In this document: positions 1 through 12,572 of the stretch, piece after piece
Layout of the letters: the number at the start of each line of letters is the position of its first letter
Position numbering within the stretch: position 1 is the first letter of the stretch
NCBI RefSeq assembly: GCF_006345805.1
Contig: NC_043018.1
Coordinates: 14,074,001 to 14,138,000, forward strand
DNA: 64,000 nucleotides
From: Octopus sinensis
Lineage: Eukaryota
Reading direction: 5' to 3'
Notes under the pieces: model-generated
Seen by the model: only the letters and a program-made list of their open reading frames with translations
What the model was told of the DNA's origin: nothing
Databases searched by the model: none
Made by a program: the position numbers and the translations under genes

Positions 1-5
1 TTTGA

Positions 6-116
6 CAAAATATTTTCGTCGCTATAAGACCGCGACCTGTTCACTGACAAAAATCTCTGCTGCACGGATTTTTGTCAGTGAACAGGTCGCGGTCTTATAG
101 CGACGAAAATATTTTG
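6..116. repeat. Perfect 50-bp inverted repeat (fold-back) with 11-nt loop; right arm continues into a dispersed repeat to ~265
   Basis: 6-55 is the exact reverse complement of 67-116; extends to 1-121 with one mismatch. Confidence 0.95.
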
Positions 117-121
117 ACAAA
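71..121 (+). ncRNA. Type I hammerhead ribozyme motif, G3-C8 core variant
   Basis: Helix I UUUGUCA(71-77)/UGACAAA(115-121); core GUGAACA(78-84) plus extra G; helix II GUCGC/GCGAC; GAAA(105-108); palindromic helix III AAUAUU; predicted cut after UUU at 114. Mirror copy on minus strand in 1-55. Confidence 0.65.
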
Positions 122-293
122 TTAAACTTAAATGTTGAAGTGAATCGAACGGCTTTTGTGTGTTTCTTAAATGGCTTACAAACACCTTCCACGCTGCAAT
201 TGTTTTCGTTCCAGCACACGATCTCAGATCAAATCACTTGCTATGCAAGTACATCTCCGTAAATATCAGGAAATACATATTATAACGGGTAAG

Positions 294-325
<32 letters not shown>

Positions 326-1164
326 ACATACATACACACGCACACATGTTATCTCGCTCGCTGTGGGGCGGTTATCTTCCCTGTCAGTGCATAGACATGT
401 GTTTCTCTGCAGCTGTAAATGCTTTTAGCTCTTATTTCTAGCAAGGTAGCTGCTCCTCTATACCGTCAGCCACAATTAGTGACAATCGAATTTTTCCTTT
501 TTGGTTATATATTGCGTATAGCTGCCTTCTTTATTTTATAATTTTCACATTACCATTTTGCTGAATCAGCCATTGATTCTTTTGGCAAATACTATATAGT
601 GATAATTGGCTTTCAGTAATCACCACTGATGAGCATTAATTTTAAGCAAAACTTTTTATGACAGCAACAAGTCAGAGATAAAAGATAAAGAAAACACCCC
701 GAAAGAAAAACACACGGCGAAATGGAAGAGCCTCTACAATGCCAGTGGTGCTGCTAGAAATAGTCGCTAAACCCTTCAAGAATAACCTACCATTTTAAAA
801 AGATTGTAAGAGCACATCGATAATATCGTGTTTCGTAAGTAAAGTTTGGTATGGGTAGATTAGGGGTTTAACAACAAAGCAGCATCCAGAAGGGAGAAGG
901 CTCCCCAAAAACATTGATATGAATAAATAGGGCTCTTACTGTTGACCGTCACGGCAATTTCACTATACCCTGCTTATTACTCTTGTGCGCGTGCGTGTGT
1001 GCGACTGTGCGCACGTATGTGTTCGTATGCGTGTTTGTGTTAGTGCGAGTGCGTGAGTCTGTGAGTGTGCGCTTGTGTGTGTGTGTGCAATTGTGTGTAT
1101 ACGCACAAATGCATTTTATCTTTAAATGCGTGTATCATTATATGAATACATACGTGTGTGTGTA

Positions 1165-1216
<52 letters not shown>

Positions 1217-1329
1217 TGTCATAATATATTTGAAACTATATATATATACACACATGTATGTATATATATATATATAATATATATATATATACATACATAT
1301 ATATTCATAAATATATATACATACATGCA

Positions 1330-1406
<77 letters not shown>

Positions 1407-1756
1407 TGACATACTTTAGTCTAACATGATTTATGAGTCTTCTTAATGTGAGATTAACGATGGAAAAAGAGAGGAGAGAGTAAGAGGGGGAGACTGAGGA
1501 GAGAGACAAAATAATGAGACGTTTGGAGAAGGCAAACCATGCAAAGAATAATAAAGAATCTCTGATTATATTTAATGGTTCGTCTAACAAGTTTTCCTTC
1601 CCATAAGTCTACGGAGATCGAGAAGTAAAAGGCGACATTAAAGCAACAGCGGAGGGGAAGTGTCGCATGTGGAATTATATTTTCCTGGTTAATAATTTAA
1701 TTTCAACCAATATTACTCTTGCTATTACAGACGCATATATTTGTGTTCGCGCGTGC

Positions 1757-1794
<38 letters not shown>

Positions 1795-1811
1795 CTGTGT
1801 GTGTATGTATG

Positions 1812-1844
<33 letters not shown>

Positions 1845-2329
1845 GTGTGCATATGCATATATAAATATATATGTGTATATATATATATATAGATATATAC
1901 ACATACAAACATACATGTATACATATTTACATGCGTACATACATACATATATCCATACATACTACATACATGTTTGTGCGTGTGTGCGTATATATGATTA
2001 TATGCATAAATGCATGAATACATGTGTGTGTATGTATGTATGTGCGTATGTATGTATGTGCGTATGTATGTATGTATATATTAGAGACGTACTAAACTGC
2101 GTCGAATGAAATATAAGCGTGTACAATTACATTAACATGTTCGTGTACACTTGACATAAAGTGACAGACTGCAAAATTGTCTCGAGAGACAAAATTTCCT
2201 CAGAGATAATCACCTAAGTTTGATTCAACGTTGCCCAATGCGTTGGTAATTAAATTTAACATACGAAAATGTGCCCATCCATCCATTCCTCTTTCCCATG
2301 CATTATTCCCGGAGGTATCGGAGGCTAGA

Positions 2330-2615
2330 CACCTCATCTTCTCCTTAGGGACTTATTTCAAGCACCCGTCATTACACTTTCTGAATGGATTGCCACGGCT
2401 GAGTCTATAAATATTATGCAACTAACCATCTGGTTCTTGGTTTACGCTTATGTCTCCTGCTGCATTCTGATCTCATGTTGGTAGTACCGGAGCTGTGGCT
2501 TCTCGTTGCGAAGAGGCAGCACATCGTCCAGGAGAGGCAACATGATCTTCGAGCGACGCATACTAAGGAGGAGCGTTGTTGCTCGAAAGGCTTTCCGGAG
2601 GAACCCGTTTCGGCC
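2330..2615 (-). mobile_element. RTE-clade LINE 3' fragment (decayed)
   Basis: Frameshifted translation TGSSGKPF/GFLRKAF...QLRYYQHEIRMQQE...KPRTRWL resembles the RTE C-terminus; related to the 16.8-17.2 kb and 42.8-43.05 kb pieces. Confidence 0.7.
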
Positions 2616-2779
2616 GCTCGCATTAGCAATCGCTCCCTTTCTACCGATCCCCAGAATTCATGACTATAGATGAGGATAAACAGGAAAACCGAATTAAAGA
2701 TAACCCGTTGGAATTCTTTTCTATAAATATATCCTCCTCTGACGATCGAATGCTAAAGCTGGTGCAAAAGTAAAATCTA

Positions 2780-3319
2780 TTGGGTTGTGCGGAAAGTTCG
2801 CACCGATTTTTAAAGGAAAGAAAAGGTCAATAAATACTTGCCATTATATTTTTAATCAAACAAATATGAACCATTTTGTTGCACAATGCGTCCTCCATCT
2901 TTCCTTTAACTTGAAAATACCCTCTTCCCAGAATTGAAGTGGTTTCATGACAAAGAATTCATCAAGGTATCTTTTTACGTCATCCAAGGAATTGAAATTT
3001 TTACCATTTAGACTATTCTGCAGAGACCTGAATAAGTGGAAATCCGAAGGAGCAATATCTGGTGAATATGGAGGGTGAGGTAACACATCCCAGCCGAGCT
3101 GCAACAACTTTTGTCTGATTCCCAAAGATTCAAGTGCCGAAAATGAACTTTCTTATCTTCCATTTTAAAGGGGTACAGAATTAACACAAGTTATAGGAAC
3201 ATAAACCTGTGCTCTAAATGGAGGTGTAGTCACATCCTATTTTATGGACTCAACGATGTTCTAAAATAAGTCGAAAAGTAAGCTACTATAAATCGGCACG
3301 AACTTTCCGGACAACCAAA
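2780..3319 (-). mobile_element. Internally deleted mariner element with both TIRs and TA target-site duplication
   Basis: 30-bp TIRs at 2780-2809 and 3290-3319 (4 mismatches) flanked by TA; N-terminus MEDKKVHFRHL (ATG 3163) joined to C-terminus HPPYSPDIAPSDFHLFRSLQNSL (ORF 2856-3125). Confidence 0.92.
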
Positions 3320-3540
3320 TACTTTCTTTGTAAAGCTTTCCACAGAAAAAAACTTTAAAAAAAAAACAAATCCATGTTTACAGCAATAACATAATGATAT
3401 ACAAATAAAGGTAAAAGTGATGGGACGCTTGAAAATTAATCCAAATTTTTTTTTATTCGTTTTATTCATTAGATTGCGACCAAGCTTGAGCACCACATTC
3501 TAGACTCCTATTATAATAATACCTGTATTTTTTATTTTCA

Positions 3541-3557
3541 TTATAATAATAATAATG

Positions 3558-3640
<83 letters not shown>
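3541..3640. repeat. (TAA)n microsatellite, 5' flank of R4/Dong fragment
   Basis: Direct reading. Confidence 0.95.
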
Positions 3641-3644
<4 letters not shown>

Positions 3645-5180
3645 GAGGAAAACTAGTTAAGAGTAACAACATCACACTAGATAAAACCAATGAAATAAAA
3701 GAATTAGACCAAAGCCAAACTTACAAATACTTAGGAATCTATGAACTAGATAAGACACAACACACACAAATGAAAGAGAAAATAAAAAAAGAATATTATA
3801 GACGAGTTAGATCAATACCAAAAACAGAGCTCAATGCTAAAAATAAGATAATAGGTATCAACACTTTAGCTGTCCCAGTTATGAGTTACAGCTACAATAT
3901 CCTTAACTGGACACGAAATGAACTGTCCAAAATAGATAGGAAAACAAGAAAATAACTGACAGGATCTAGGATGCATCACCCAAAATCTGACATAGAAAGA
4001 CTATATATACAACGTATAGAAGGTGGTAGAGGCCTTATACAGCTGGGAAAACTACTATAAAATAACCACCATAGGACTGCAAAAATACCTACTTCAGAAG
4101 GAAGGAAAACTGATCCAGATAGCAGCAAAACACGAGCAAAACAAAAAACTGTTCTCAGTATTTAAGGAAGCTGACAAAACAAACAAGAAATCATACCACC
4201 TAATAAACACAAAGAAGAGAAGAAGATGATGAAGAAACAACAAAAGCTATAAAACAAATGAAATCCAAACTAAAAATAGAACAGCAACGAGCCATGATAA
4301 ACACGATGGCAAGAAAAACCCCTTCATGGTAAATACTGCACTAAACTAAACGCAAAACAAATAGACAAAGAAAAATCCCAGCAATGGTTGAGAAGCTCAG
4401 GACTCAAAGCAGAAACAGAGGGATTTTAATTGCAGCACAAGACCAAGCCTCCCCACCAGAAATTACCAAAAACATGTAATGAAAAGAATATTACAAGTAA
4501 CTGCAGCAGAATATGTGGAGATGGACAAGAAACAATTAAATCATATTATCTCTAGCTGCCCAGTCCTGGCTAAGAAGGAATATATTCACAGACATGACAG
4601 AGTTGGAACCTACATACATTGGAAGCTATGCCAACATTATGGAATAACAACAGAAAAAAGATGGTCTAGGCACACACCATAAAAGGTCACAGAAAACGAG
4701 AAAGCAACCATACTCTGGGATATGCCGATACACACAGATAGAGAAATTAAGGCCAACAGACCAGATATAGTTGTCAGAGATCATGAAGAAAAAAAATGCT
4801 TTCTAATTGATGTATCAATACCGGCAGATGACAACGTGTCTCTAAAAGAAATGGAGAAACTCTCAAAATACAAAGACTGGAAATAGAGGTAACCAGAATG
4901 TGGAACCTGAAAACAGAAACAATTCCTATCATAGTAGGTGCATTAGGCATGATAAAAAAATATTCAGACAAATACATAACAAAAAAACACCAGGACTTAC
5001 AAACACATATAAAATACAGAAAATTGCACTACTAGGCACTGCACACATCATACGCAGAACACTTTCCATACAATAACCATCAAAGCATCACAACAAATCA
5101 TAGCACATACCCAAGGCACACAGAGCGCGATCGGTATGGTGAGTGAAGGAAAGCACGCTATAAAAATAAAACTATGAATC
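3641..5180 (+). mobile_element. R4/Dong-type non-LTR retrotransposon, 5'-truncated and decayed (RT end + RLE endonuclease + 3' UTR)
   Basis: ORFs 3770-3955, 4023-4229, 4479-4682; TYKYLG, HDRVGTYIHWKLC, ILWDMPIHTDREIKANRPDIVV, KLSKYKD; (TAA)n on both sides. Confidence 0.9.
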
Positions 5181-5214
<34 letters not shown>

Positions 5215-5217
<3 letters not shown>

Positions 5218-5298
5218 CAAAAAGTTCAAGCAAAAGCTCAGAGAATACGCAGATTTGAGAAAAGAATCAAATTCTACAAACAAAATAAGATGTTCTAG
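5215..5298 (+). mobile_element. Short R4/Dong ORF fragment from the pre-RT region
   Basis: Reads KQKVQAKAQRIRRFEKRIKFYKQNKMF*, which I recognise as typical of the R4/Dong region upstream of RT; starts at the (TAA)n edge. Confidence 0.65.
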
Positions 5299-5738
5299 TA
5301 TATTCTTCCTAACCAAATCCTCCTCACTAGCACACATGCATCCGAACTGGTAGAATCTCTCGATACCACCATTTACCCTGTAGCGAAATCGAAATGTAAA
5401 TCTGTGAATTCATAAGCAACTTATTCCACCGGAAGACGCACTTTTACACTGTGCATTACATCTGGTATTATTTCATCTTGCCAAGCCCACTAAAGGGTAA
5501 TGCAACTTGAAGTCGAAACAATTGTTGTGCTAATAAATGTTTTTGTTATACTCCATCTTTTTCATTAATCTTTAATATATATTCTACCCTTATGAGGCTT
5601 TCTTTTAGGGGAAATTAATGCATTTGTATTGCAATATATTTTTCATTGAAAACATTTTCACTATTCTCGCTCTGTTAACGGCTACGCGTTCAGGCGAGTA
5701 TACTAGCATTGATGTGGCACCATTAGAAATATTATCTA

Positions 5739-5818
5739 GGTAAATGCAGCTGATGAAGACAGATCAAATTTACGTTGTCAAACGTATTTGCTGAGTCAGA
5801 AACCGGTCCTGCATTACC
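5739..5818 (+). ncRNA. Type I hammerhead ribozyme motif, canonical core
   Basis: Helix I GGUA(A)AUGCAG/CUGCAUUACC; CUGAUGA 5750-5756; long helix II with A.A at the closing position; GAAAC 5799-5803; palindromic ACCGGU; GUC cut after 5808. Confidence 0.75.
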
Positions 5819-6010
5819 CGAATCTGGGTTGTCCATTTATCGAATATTCTTCCGAGAGATAAGACAAACTTTTCATGTTTGTAGCACAAACGTGTCTTTG
5901 CCAGTATATACGCAGTGAACCTATACTATAGCGTCGTATTTGTATCGATTGCTATTTTCCAGAAATATTGGTGCCTTGTTGTACCACTCATTTGTTTATA
6001 TACATACATA

Positions 6011-6045
<35 letters not shown>

Positions 6046-6294
6046 ATATTTCGTTTTTGGATTTGGTTTGCAAGATTCTTTATATGAGTTCGAGTATTGA
6101 AGCATATTCTGTTATCTGGGGAGAGTCATTTTCTTTTTGTACCTTATAATAGTCAAAACTATTGAAAAGGTTGCAAGACGCAACGAAAATTTTAGGAAAA
6201 TAAAAATATGAAAAATGTGGAAATTTTACCGGTGGAGTGTGTTATATTATAAGGCACAAAAAGAAAATGACTCTCCCCAGACACAACAGTATAT

Positions 6295-6331
<37 letters not shown>

Positions 6332-6481
6332 TATTATATATATATATTATATATATCTATATATAATTATATATACATGTGTGTGTGTATTCGATATATA
6401 GCTTGAACGAGCTGGGTTTCTGTAAGTGGCCTGCAAAACTTTAAGACGCATGGAGCCGTATCAACTTTTTTACATGCTATA

Positions 6482-6514
<33 letters not shown>

Positions 6515-6519
<5 letters not shown>

Positions 6520-6602
6520 ATTATGTAAATATTATGTACATATATATGTTTAATATGTGTTGAAAATCAATAAATTTTTTATTTTGTTTACAATTTTATA
6601 TA

Positions 6603-6641
<39 letters not shown>

Positions 6642-6880
6642 TACATATGTGGAAATCTGTGGGTGGGTGTTTGCTGTAGCGTTGTTTATATATTATTTAT
6701 GTAAATATTATGTACATTTATTATATGTTTAATATGTGTTAAAATCAATAAATTTTTTATTTTGTTTACAATTTTATATATGCATATATATATATATTAT
6801 ATATATAATTATATATATATATATATATATATATACTACATATGTGGAAATCTGTGGGTGTGTTTGCTTGTAGCGTTGTT
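6515..6880. repeat. Tandem duplication (~176-195 bp unit) of flank plus the Helitron-like element end
   Basis: TTATGTAAATATTATGTACA at 6521 and 6697; CTACATATGTGGAAATCTGTGGG at 6641 and 6836. Confidence 0.9.
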
Positions 6881-7752
6881 ATTTAACTCTTCCTACATCG
6901 TTTTATTTATCGATTTTGATGAAACTTGACACGTGAATATAACTCAGGTCTGGAAAATTAGAGACATACTTAGATTGTTGAAAAATTCGATAATAGGGCC
7001 CCTGGAATGGATTCTTATATGTACTATATATAACTAATATATTATTTTTAAACAACTAAAAGAAATAAGCCATTCGCTCCTGAAAGGGATCCTTATATAT
7101 AGCCAATGGAAAGAACCCATTCATGTTCGTAAATTATTTCGTATAAATCAAATTTTGCTTATTTCTTAGTATTTGAACTATTTGAGTTATTTTCGCAATG
7201 TATCCAGTACAACGCTTAAACAAGATAATAGTATTCTCCTAAACAATAGATCCACTTATTTCGCTTAATGACTTATTCACGAATATACCAACACTGGCGT
7301 CACTGAGGGTAATATTGTCTGTGGATGCACAAAAGCTTTTTTCAGAGTTATTTACTTTGAATTGTTATCATCTCATATCTGATTAGCCTCTTATTACGTA
7401 AAATGCTTCACGAGTTTAGTATACATAACTTATTAGTATTTCCTCCTAAGTTCTATATACTCTGGGAACGTATTAAACTCCTTTTCGAGGCTACGTTATT
7501 TGAATTCTTACTATCGGGTAATTAATTTCATTTTATTACATAACTGACTTCACAACTTGTGTATTCATAACTTATTGGGAATTCCTAAAAACAAGATCAT
7601 GTGTAACACAGTTCGGTATTCCCTGTAAATTCACAAAAACCATCTTAAGGACTCATACTTTGTATTATTGTTACTGGATTAGCGAAACGATTATGAGAAC
7701 GGAACCAAGGGATAAGCCCCGCTTTCCTGGGAATTACCGGGTAGTCAGCTTG
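6836..7752 (+). mobile_element. Non-autonomous Helitron/DINE-1-like element
   Basis: Degenerate 3' hairpin CCTGGG-AATTA-CCGGG then CAGCTTG-T in a TA tract; contains ATCGATTTTGATGAAACTTGACAC; homologous throughout to 36998-37890 (reverse). Confidence 0.65.
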
Positions 7753-8315
7753 TATATATATATATACATATATATATATGCATATTTATATGCATACATG
7801 TGTAGATATATGTGTATGCAGGCATACACCTATGTGTATATGAGGATGAAGTTGCGTGCACATGTACACACACACATATATATATATGTGTGTATATATA
7901 TACATATATATGTATGTATATATATACATATATATATACACACATATATATACATATATATATATACATGTGTGTACGCGTGTATGTGTATGGGTATGTG
8001 TATGAACACGTAAATGCACATATATGTTTCTGTGTGTGTGGGCATGTACATATACGTGTTTGCGTGAGTGTGTACGTATGTAGACGTTATGAACTCAGGA
8101 GGTTTTATGTCCATGTATTATGAGAATATGTTTGCGTATATAATTTTTATCTTTTATATTTTTTCCTACCTATTACAGTAACTTCCCTTTTATTCAATGG
8201 TTTTTATAGCGCCTATTGTCATAATAGCCAATGAGAATACATCGTAGCTCTTAGCTCCGGCATTTGAAAACTCTGAGTTCTATTATAACAGCTTACAGAT
8301 TGTCCTGAACTATAC

Positions 8316-8392
<77 letters not shown>

Positions 8393-8574
8393 TATATATA
8401 TCCTCTATTTACCTAATATCGAGGTCTCATTCTTTTGTTGTCATTATTATTATTATTTTATATATATATATAATATAGCAATTTAATAAATAAAACATAT
8501 GCATACATACATACATACATACATATATGTACATACCTTCATCTATATGTATATATACATGCATATATGAGTAC

Positions 8575-8745
8575 AGGACACCACAAATACACGTAGAACA
8601 CAACGAAAAACGAAAACAGAAACAAACGAAGGAAACGGACTTTTTTTAACAACGAAAAAACAGAAGTACAAGACAAACAACAGAGGGAACATTCCCCTTC
8701 TTCAGCTGCCCCTGTTTCAACTCAATGTGTGTTTCGAAGGTAAGG
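8575..8745 (-). repeat. Dispersed repeat family with CTGA(A/T)GAAGGG...GTTC motif (other copies ~14570-14640 and ~42190-42300, + strand)
   Basis: Shared motif and downstream TG-rich sequence in three copies; class uncertain. Confidence 0.5.
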
Positions 8746-9419
8746 ACAGAACACGGCTACGCTGAAACAATCCTTTCCGCGAAAAAATTAAATAAAATTT
8801 TTTTGCGGAGGGGTAAAAAAAGGTAACAAGAATAGGACGTAAAAGCAATACAAATAAAGAAAAATATAGTACAAATAAAGATAAAAACAGTAAAAGACAG
8901 GACAAGGAAACCAATTTATTAAATTGTTATTATATGACCGAACGCACGCGTCGTCTTCTCCTTCAAGTAAGTTATATATATATACAGTTGCGGCCAAAAT
9001 GTTCAGAACGGCATGGCTTTCGTCAAAAAAGTAGGTATAAGTTTTTATCAAAGTTGTTTTATATTCTATAATTTTCACAGACAATAAATACGATATTAAT
9101 TGTTATTGTCTGCGATTTTGGTGTAATTTGAGAGGATAATAAAAAAGTTATGGATGATTTATGAGGGATCGTGTTATTGCTAGGTAGTCATCCGCCCTTT
9201 GAACATGTTTTATTTCTAGCCCTACAGGGTTGCTAGCAATCCTCCTCACCAGGCAAATCTGGTGAAGGTGCCAGTTTAGTCGCTGGCGACCTGATCATGA
9301 AACAGGTTTTACTGGATTCCATGGTAGCAGTAGCACTCATAAGGGGCCTCACAAGGGATTTGATATCACATTTATGTGTCGTACTTGTTTTGTCACTGCC
9401 CTCAACACTGTGTGTGTGT

Positions 9420-9455
<36 letters not shown>

Positions 9456-9739
9456 TTATGTATGTGTGTATAAACAAATCACTAGCAAAAGAAGTGTTCC
9501 AAGACAAGAGTCCAGGGGATATTCACAGTGGAATATATTTGTTCGATGCCCGAAGAAATAAGTTACTAAGTGAAGTTTAAAAATAAAAGTAAGACATCTC
9601 GAGCAGACGCCTTCGTCCGATATACGAATAAAAAGTCCAGGAATAAGGAAGAAAGTGGAGAAAGAGGAACAGATAATATAAGTATCAGTGAACCTATCCC
9701 CACCCCGAATTTTCAGGCCTTGTGCCTAAAGTAGAAAGG

Positions 9740-9808
<69 letters not shown>

Positions 9809-9811
<3 letters not shown>

Positions 9812-10033
9812 TAGTTTTATTTTTATATCGTGCTTTCACTTCACTACCGACGCAGCTCTGTGTGCCTTGGTATGTGCTGTGATTTGTTGTGATGCTCTGA
9901 TGGTTATTGTATGGAAAGTGTTCTGCGTAGGATGTGTGCAGTGCCTAGTAGTGCAATTTTCTGTATGTTATATGTGTTTGTAAGTCCTGGTGTTTTTGTT
10001 ATGTATTTGTCTGAATATTATTTGTCTGAATAT
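9809..10033 (-). mobile_element. R4/Dong 3' end fragment between (TAA)n tracts
   Basis: Reverse complement matches 4960-5180 (KTPGLTNTYNIQKIALLGTAHILRRTLSIQ and 3' UTR). Confidence 0.88.
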
Positions 10034-10049
10034 TATTATTATTATTATT

Positions 10050-10600
10050 GAGTGAGAGAGCAGTTCATGCCATCAAAGTGACACTGGGGTAAAATATACG
10101 AAGCCCAATATACCCATCATGACTACCCGTCTGATAAAGGTACACAGGCACATGCATCACAACCATATGTGCGCGACATGGTGATCTCATATCAATAAAC
10201 AGCACATGACCTTGCAGGTGGGGCCCAGTTAGAATTTTCTTCAGGTTGAGTAGCCCATCCCGCTCAAACGGTCCCTGAATAAGGGTTGTTTAAGGATGTT
10301 GAAAGAACCACCCATGTTTCCAGAGGTGAACTATTCAAACCCCAAGAATCCCTCTCAACACATGGCTATGATGCTCCCCACCACTACTTGCTCGTAATCA
10401 GAGATGCACATATCGTCAGCCAATAAGGACATGCTCAACTGGTTAAGGTCAAACAACTGACAAGCAAATCTGTGGTATTGAACAGAATATTTGCTGTAGC
10501 CCATCTTTTATACCAAGACAAAACAATGTACATGATAACACTTCCAATCAGTTAAGATCAGAAGCCATGAGAGCCACTGCCTGGTACTGCATCAGGGCAT
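10050..10600 (-). mobile_element. ~550-bp non-coding dispersed element flanked by (TAA)n on both sides
   Basis: Begins ATGCCCTGATGCAGTACC; same 5' end at 34984-35110 (+), also after (TAA)n; internal homolog at ~47285-47445 (+); no ORF. Confidence 0.75.
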
Positions 10601-10751
10601 TTATTATTATTATATGATTATTATATTATTATTATTATTATTTTATTATTATTATTATTATTATTATTTTATTATTATTATTATATTATATTATTATCAT
10701 TTTTGCAAATTAAAAAGAATACATTTTTAATTCTCTCCATTCTCTCTTCAG

Positions 10752-10801
10752 ACATCTGATGCTGTGGATTTATTATATGTCCACGAAACTTAAAGTAATG
10801 T
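10752..10801 (+). ncRNA. Type I hammerhead-like motif, A9C variant
   Basis: Helix I ACAU/AUGU; CUGAUGC plus extra U; helix II GUGGA/UCCAC; GAAAC; ACU-UAA-AGU helix III; GUA cut after 10797. Confidence 0.6.
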
Positions 10802-11134
10802 GGATCTAATTAAAACTTCTACTAAATGCATGTAATATGGCTGGAATAAAATATATGTCGAGTGCTATTTTCTTTCGATTGTTCAATCACATGCATGTGT
10901 GTATGTGTGTGTATTTCTGAGTCTGTGTGTTGTGTGTGGTGTGTGTGTGTGTGTGTGTGTGCGTGTGTGTGTGATTGAACTGGTTGTAAATAGATAGTTC
11001 TATTTTGTTAGATCGTTAGTGTTCGTGCAGTCTTTATATGAAAGCCATTAATTACTAAGTGACGAGTAGAGGGATATATGTGAATGAGTGTGTGTATGCA
11101 TGTGTATGTAAATGTATACATACATACACACACA

Positions 11135-11209
<75 letters not shown>

Positions 11210-11492
11210 AACGTTGGAGGTGATGAGATAAAGATGATAGTTTTCTCCATTTATAATCTTAGCAATCAAAATATAACAGCTTTATGATCGTCAACATGAT
11301 ATGCGAGGTTATCGATTACTTCAGAAATGGAAGAATCAATACTGATATAAAGTTTCTCACGCTCCCGGTTTCATTCTCTCCCTTCTCTCCTCTCTCTCTC
11401 TCTCTCTGTCTGTCTCTCTTTCTCTCAATGTATGTATATGTTTATATACCTTCCTGTATCTCATTCGTATACATATATTATATACATATATA

Positions 11493-11524
<32 letters not shown>

Positions 11525-11748
11525 CTATATATATATATATATATAATATACTATATATATATATGTATATTATATATGCATATAATATATAATATATATA
11601 TATATATGTATATGTATATATATGTATATATGTATACATACACAAACACATATATTAAATAAATATATATACATATATATATACATGGATATATATACAT
11701 ATATACATATAACATATATATATTTATATATATATGTATATATACATA

Positions 11749-11779
<31 letters not shown>

Positions 11780-11816
11780 AACACACACAAACACACACAC
11801 ACATACACACACACAC

Positions 11817-11861
<45 letters not shown>

Positions 11862-12572
11862 TTCCTTTCCTTATCACACATTGTCTGTATATCTCAATAC
11901 TTCTGTTTCCCTCTCCTTTTCTCTCTCTCTCTTGCTCACTTCTGGTTGTTTAGACGGCTGGTTGGCTGGTTGGCTGGTTGGCTGGTTGGATCGCTCGATG
12001 TTTGGTCGGGAGCCATGAGTGTCGTTTGTTTGGAAAATCTAGAATTTGCTGCGAAACTTGATTGAACGCTAATACACATTATAAGATTAATGATGGTGGT
12101 GATGGTAATGGTGTTGACGGAGCTGGTGGTGGTTGTGGGGAGGAGGAGGGAGGTCATTGACGTCGTCGTTGTGGTGATGCGATGATAAAGACACCGCTGC
12201 TGCTGATGATGATGATGAAGACGATCATAATGAGGATGATGATTATGATGATTATGATCATGAACAGAGGTGGTAGTGGTGGTAGTGGTGGTAGTGGTGC
12301 TGGTGTGGTGGTGGTAGTAATGAGATTGAAGATGTTGATGATGCTGACTTACATAAAGTTAATACATCTGGATTACGAACAATGTCATCAACACATAATA
12401 CTTACAAAATCTTATAAAACCCTGAGTGGACGACGTTTTGCGAACAAAAGCCCTTCTTTTATAAAAACAGAGACCTCTCACGTAATGGTTTTGTGTGTGT
12501 GTGTGTGTGTGTGTAAAGAACAAGTTAAAGATATTGATTATTTCACATTTCTTCTTTATTGGAGTAAGTTTT

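Noticed and set aside
624-660. Hammerhead relic CCA-CTGATGA-GC...GC-AAAAC
   Set aside because: G12 is lost and helix I/III are unconvincing; at best a dead copy
5485-5530. Hammerhead at GAAAC-AATT-GTT
   Set aside because: Only the 3' half is recognisable; no CUGANGA or compensated core upstream
10540-10600. HDV-like ribozyme at the 5' end of the (TAA)n-associated element
   Set aside because: I could not fit the P1-P2-P3-P1.1-P4 order by eye
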